Source of the DNA: Caulobacteraceae bacterium
GTDB lineage: Bacteria > Pseudomonadota > Alphaproteobacteria > Caulobacterales > Caulobacteraceae
Direction of reading: 5' to 3'
Length of the DNA: 44,464 nucleotides
Assembly: GCA_035553015.1 (NCBI GenBank)
Contig: DATNEH010000084.1
Coordinates: 1 to 44,464, forward strand
A program made the position numbers and the translations under genes. This document shows, piece after piece, positions 40,295 to 44,464 of this stretch (within the stretch, counting starts at the first letter, position 1; every line of letters starts with the position of its first letter). Under the pieces are notes generated by a model that saw only the letters and a list, made by a program, of their open reading frames with translations, was not told where the DNA came from and ran no database searches.

Positions 40295-41159
40295 CGCCCT
40301 CCCCGTCCCGACCAACCCCACGGTGGCCAGGCCCGTCCTGCACGAGGTCGTGCTGGAGGCCGGCCGCGCCGACCGCCACTACTGGACCGACCTCTGGCGC
40401 TACCGCGAGCTCTTCCAGGTGCTGGCCTGGCGCGACGTGGCGATCCGCTACAAGCAGACCGCGATCGGGGTCGCCTGGGCGGTGATCCGGCCGCTGCTGG
40501 CGACGGTGATCTTCAGCCTGCTGATGGGCCGGGTGGCCAAGCTGCCCAGCGACGGCAACGCGCCCTACCCGCTGATGGTGTTCGCCGGCATGCTGCCGTG
40601 GACCTTCTTCGCGCAGGCGCTCTCCGACGCCTCCGGCAGCCTAGTCACCAACACCAACCTGATCAGCAAGGTCTACTTCCCGCGCCTGATCGTGCCGGCC
40701 GCCACCATCGTGGCGGCTACGGTCGATTTCGCTATCGGCCTCGTCATCCTGGCCGGCATGATGCTGTGGTTCCGCTTCGTCCCGGACTGGCGGATCGTCT
40801 TCCTTCCGCTGTTCGGCCTGATGGCGTTCCTGGCGGCGCTCGGTCCAAGCCTGTGGATCACCTCGGTCAACGTCCGCTACCGCGACTTCCGCTACGTGAT
40901 CCCGTTCATCGTGCAGTTCGGCCTCTACGTCTCGCCGGTGGCCTACTCCTCGAGCGTCGTGCCGGCGCGCTGGCGGCTGCTCTACTCGCTGAACCCGATG
41001 GCGGGCGTCATCGACGGCTTCCGCTGGTGCCTGCTGGGCGGCCGTGCGGCGATCTACTGGCCCGGCTTCGGGCTGGCCCTCGTGGTGATCGCGCTCTCGC
41101 TCTGGCTCGGCGTCACCCAGTTCCGCCGGCTCGAGAAGACCTTCGCGGACCTGATCTGA
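40287..41159 (+). CDS. wzm: ABC-2 polysaccharide exporter permease Wzm
   Basis: WRYREL..LAWRD..IRYKQT, LISKVYFPR, YRDFRY, LNPMAG and FADLI. Confidence 0.93.
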   Translation: MTDALPVPTNPTVARPVLHEVVLEAGRADRHYWTDLWRYRELFQVLAWRDVAIRYKQTAIGVAWAVIRPLLATVIFSLLMGRVAKLPSDGNAPYPLMVFAGMLPWTFFAQALSDASGSLVTNTNLISKVYFPRLIVPAATIVAATVDFAIGLVILAGMMLWFRFVPDWRIVFLPLFGLMAFLAALGPSLWITSVNVRYRDFRYVIPFIVQFGLYVSPVAYSSSVVPARWRLLYSLNPMAGVIDGFRWCLLGGRAAIYWPGFGLALVVIALSLWLGVTQFRRLEKTFADLI

Positions 41160-41164
41160 CCCGC

Positions 41165-42514
41165 ATGTCCGCCGAGATCGCCATCAGCGTCGAGGGGCTC
41201 TCCAAGAGCTACCTGATCGGCCACGAGGCCCGCGCTGCGCACGAGACATTCCGCGAGATGCTGGTGCGCGGCGTGCGCGGCTTCGGCCGCTCGCTGGTCG
41301 ACGTCGCGCGCGGCCGCCAGATCGTGCAGGGCGACACGGTGGAGGAGTTCTGGGCGTTACAGGACGTCTCGTTCGAGGTCGCCCGCGGCGAGGTGATTGG
41401 CGTCATCGGCCTGAACGGCGCGGGCAAGAGCACCCTGCTGAAGGTGCTCAGCCGCATCACCGAGCCGAGCCGCGGACGCGCGGTGATCCGCGGTCGCGTC
41501 GCTTCGCTGCTGGAGGTCGGCACCGGCTTCCACCCCGAGCTCACCGGCCGCGAGAACATCTACCTGAACGGCGCCATCCTCGGCATGACGCGCGCCGAGA
41601 TCACCGCCAAGTTCGACGAGATCGTCGCCTTCTCCGAGGTCGAGCAATTCCTCGACACGCCGGTGAAGCGCTACTCGTCCGGCATGTACGTGCGCCTGGC
41701 GTTCGCCGTGGCCGCGCACCTGGAGCCGGAGATCCTGATCGTCGACGAGGTGCTGGCGGTGGGCGACGTCGCCTTCCAGCGCAAGTGCCTGGGCAAGATG
41801 CAGGACGTCGCCCAGCACGGGCGCACGGTGCTGTTCGTCAGCCACAACCTGCCGGCGGTGGTCGACCTCACCACGCGCTGCCTCCTGCTGGAGAAGGGCC
41901 GCCTCACGATGACCGGCGAGAGCCGCGAGGTGGTCTCGCATTTCCTGGCCGCCAGCAACGAGAGCCTCGCCGGCGGCGACATCTCGGCCTACCGCCGCCC
42001 GCACCGCGATGAGGGCTGGGTGGATATCCAGCGCGTGTCGGTCTGCGGCGCGCCGCTCGGCGCCGCGGTCGTGCAGCCGGGCGACACGATCGCGATCGAC
42101 ATCGAGCTGCGGGCGCACAAGGCGGTCGACGAGGGCATCGTCGTCGTGAACCTGCTCAACGACAACATGGAGGTCGTCGCGACGCTGATGTCGACGGACG
42201 ACGACCGCGTCTTCTCTATGGCGCCTGGACTCCACACGATCCGCTGCGAGGTCGGCCCGCTGCCGCTGGCCCCCGGCGAGTATCTGCTCAACGTCGGGGC
42301 TTCGCCGTCCGGGCTCCGGCTGTCGTGGGACGTGCTGAACGCGCTGCCCGGGTTCCGGATGACGGGGGAGGAGACTGCGGCATGGCTCAAGTGGCCGCAC
42401 CGGCCCGGATCGGTGTGGCTGCGCGACGCCAGCTGGTCGGAGCGCACGCCGCGGTCGCCGCGCGCGCCCGGCGCGCACCCCGAGTACTCTGTCGGCAAGC
42501 TGGGCGGCCAATGA
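41165..42514 (+). CDS. wzt: ABC polysaccharide exporter ATPase Wzt with C-terminal accessory domain
   Basis: GLNGAGKST, GFHPELTGREN, YSSGM and ILIVDEVLAVGD, with a Wzt_C-like tail (LAPGEY); ATG at 41165. Confidence 0.93.
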   Translation: MSAEIAISVEGLSKSYLIGHEARAAHETFREMLVRGVRGFGRSLVDVARGRQIVQGDTVEEFWALQDVSFEVARGEVIGVIGLNGAGKSTLLKVLSRITEPSRGRAVIRGRVASLLEVGTGFHPELTGRENIYLNGAILGMTRAEITAKFDEIVAFSEVEQFLDTPVKRYSSGMYVRLAFAVAAHLEPEILIVDEVLAVGDVAFQRKCLGKMQDVAQHGRTVLFVSHNLPAVVDLTTRCLLLEKGRLTMTGESREVVSHFLAASNESLAGGDISAYRRPHRDEGWVDIQRVSVCGAPLGAAVVQPGDTIAIDIELRAHKAVDEGIVVVNLLNDNMEVVATLMSTDDDRVFSMAPGLHTIRCEVGPLPLAPGEYLLNVGASPSGLRLSWDVLNALPGFRMTGEETAAWLKWPHRPGSVWLRDASWSERTPRSPRAPGAHPEYSVGKLGGQ

Positions 42515-42560
42515 TGAGGCAGTCCAAATCGGGTGTCCGACGCATGGCCGGGAGGTCGCT

Positions 42561-43472
42561 ATCGGTATAAACATAAATGGCCTGAACTTCCTGCTCTACA
42601 GCAAGTCGGCTGGAGTGGATTTCTCGGCGACGGTCACCATCGGGCGGCAGGGGTTCTATGTGACTGCCGACGAGCTTTGCGAGGCGCTCGCCGCGCATGG
42701 GCGGCCCGACGCTCGGGCGACCGCCGACCGGCTCTGCTCCGAATCGGACGGCTTCGTCGAGCCGCTGCTGCGGTTTCTAGGCGCCGAGGTGACGGATTCG
42801 ATCGATCATTCCGATTTCGAGTCGGCGACCTTCACGCACGACATGAATGCTCCGATCGGTGATGAGTTCAAGCAGCGTTACTCGACAGTGATCGACGGCG
42901 GCACGCTCGAGCACGTATTCAACTTTCCCACCGCCATCCGAAACTGCATGGAGATGGTGCGTGTCGGCGGCCACTATCTGTCGATCACACCTGCCAACAA
43001 CTTCTTCGGACACGGCTTCTATCAGTTCAGCCCGGAGCTATACTTCAGAGTGCTGTCGGCCGACAACGGCTTCAAGGTCGAGAGCATGCTGGCCTTCGAA
43101 GAGATCGAGAACCCGGTGTGGTGGCAGGTATCCGATCCTGCCGAGATCGGCGAGCGGGTCACGCTGTTGAACGATCGGCCGGTGTTCCTGCTGATCGTCG
43201 CGCGGCGGGTCGAGGAGAAGCCGATCTTCGCGCGCACGCCGCAACAGAGCGACTATGTCGTGCGCTGGGCGCCCGACGAAGCAAGCCCCCAACCGGCTGC
43301 GGCGACTGCGGCGCCCCGCCCACTGGGCATCCGCATCGCGAAGCTGTTGCTGCCGGCGGACGTGCGAACGGCGATGCGCAAGGCCTTGAGCCGGCCGCCT
43401 CAGCCGGAGGTCGGCTTCAGCCCCCGCTTCTTCCGCCCCATGGCCTCGCCGCCCCGGCGCGCCGACCCGTAG
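42561..43472 (+). CDS. Methyltransferase-fold hypothetical protein; probable non-canonical start
   Basis: DSIDHS.FE.A..HDMN.P, YSTVIDGGTLEHVFN and HGFYQFSPE. The frame extends upstream of GTG 42615 to ATC 42561 behind GGAGG. Confidence 0.72.
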   Translation: MGININGLNFLLYSKSAGVDFSATVTIGRQGFYVTADELCEALAAHGRPDARATADRLCSESDGFVEPLLRFLGAEVTDSIDHSDFESATFTHDMNAPIGDEFKQRYSTVIDGGTLEHVFNFPTAIRNCMEMVRVGGHYLSITPANNFFGHGFYQFSPELYFRVLSADNGFKVESMLAFEEIENPVWWQVSDPAEIGERVTLLNDRPVFLLIVARRVEEKPIFARTPQQSDYVVRWAPDEASPQPAAATAAPRPLGIRIAKLLLPADVRTAMRKALSRPPQPEVGFSPRFFRPMASPPRRADP

Positions 43473-43539
43473 AGCAGAGATCGAGGCGACCAATCAAAAT
43501 GGCCGAACCCATCCGAGCCCGGGCGATTCGGGGACTGCG

Positions 43540-44394
43540 GTGACGACCGTGGGGGATAACGAGGACGTCGAGGCCTATTACAACAAGCGGGTCGCCGGGA
43601 AGCTTGCCGACTTCACCGGCTTCAACCCGCGCATCGAAGCGGCGGTCGAGACGATCGCCGAGTGGTCGCCACTGCGGCCCAAGCGCGTGCTGGAGATCGG
43701 ATGTGGGATCGGCGCGACGTCCTGGCGGATGGCGCGGGCGTGGCCCGAGGCGGAGGTGATCGGCGCCGACATCAGCCGGATGTCGGTGGAGGTCGCACAA
43801 GCCTGCTTCCGCCGGCCGAACCTGCGGTATGTCGCCGGGGCCATTGAAGCGGGCTCGCTTCCCGGCAAGTTCGACTTGGTCGTGCTTATGGACGTCTATG
43901 AACACATCCCGCCGGCCGAGCGCCCCGCCTTGCACGGCTTCGTCCGTGCGGCGCTGGCCGACGAAGCGCGGGTGATCATGACCGTGCCGACCCCGGCGAT
44001 GCAGGCCTGGCTGCACCGCGACCATCCCGAGGCCATCCAGCCGGTCGACGAAGACATCGACCTGGGAGTCGCAGAGACGTTCGCGCGCGAGACCCAGACG
44101 GACCTGGTGCACTACCGCCAGGTTGGGATCTGGCGCTACGGCGACTATGCGCATCTGGTGTTCGGGCGCTTCAGTCCGGCGCCGGTGATCGCCCGCGAAG
44201 CCAAGCCAAGCGGGCTTCCGGGGCTGAAGCATCGCGTCAAGCGCCTGATCGGCAGAACTGCAACGGACGGCGAGAAGGACTACCTGGGCTACGACTTCGG
44301 GCGCGCGCGGACGGCCGAGCGGCGGCGACGTTTCCAGGTGGCCGCCCGCGAGCGGCGGCAGATCGCGGCCGCGTGGAGCAATGGCCGCGAATGA
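43540..44394 (+). CDS. Class I SAM-dependent methyltransferase
   Basis: RVLEIGCGIG, GADIS, FDLVVLMDVYEHI and MTVP. Confidence 0.88.
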   Translation: MTTVGDNEDVEAYYNKRVAGKLADFTGFNPRIEAAVETIAEWSPLRPKRVLEIGCGIGATSWRMARAWPEAEVIGADISRMSVEVAQACFRRPNLRYVAGAIEAGSLPGKFDLVVLMDVYEHIPPAERPALHGFVRAALADEARVIMTVPTPAMQAWLHRDHPEAIQPVDEDIDLGVAETFARETQTDLVHYRQVGIWRYGDYAHLVFGRFSPAPVIAREAKPSGLPGLKHRVKRLIGRTATDGEKDYLGYDFGRARTAERRRRFQVAARERRQIAAAWSNGRE

Positions 44395-44464
44395 GCGTGC
44401 ACGACCAGCTTTACGCCGCCCCGGTCCCGGCCGGCCCGTCGGCGGAGAGGCGACCGTGAGAGAT

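Overview
GC-rich alphaproteobacterial chromosomal segment. A Caulobacteraceae affiliation (Caulobacter/Phenylobacterium-like) is inferred from the UrcA-family gene, promoter style and gene content. (1) Type II secretion genes are split into two converging blocks: gspG plus a minor pseudopilin on +, and gspJ-gspK-gspL-like on -. About 7 kb of unrelated genes separates them: a MITE-like element, MazG-like, GNAT, NUDIX, a frameshifted 2H phosphoesterase, TetR/P450, a MerR-ATPase fusion and TetR/oxidoreductase. (2) A secreted beta-helix protein and catabolic genes follow: two SDRs, a PhyH dioxygenase, acyl-CoA dehydrogenase, GH2 beta-galactosidase, HpcH aldolase, and a CadC-like wHTH-TM-TPR regulator converging on a urcA-like gene. 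(3) A five-gene quorum-sensing module reads XRE(PraR-like)-luxR-luxI-phyH-small helical ORF. (4) Directly beside it is a large surface-polysaccharide locus that runs off the window: WecA/MraY-like, fcl, uxs, an RfaH/NusG paralogue followed by an ops-like element, GT2, galE, asnB-like, GT4, methyltransferases, a GDP-heptose pathway and wzm/wzt. The strongest candidates for undescribed biology are the QS module with a built-in oxygenase and a possible antirepressor layer, its possible control of the glycan locus through a shared palindrome, and the cis-encoded RfaH/ops pair. All calls come from motif recognition by eye; no database searches were run.
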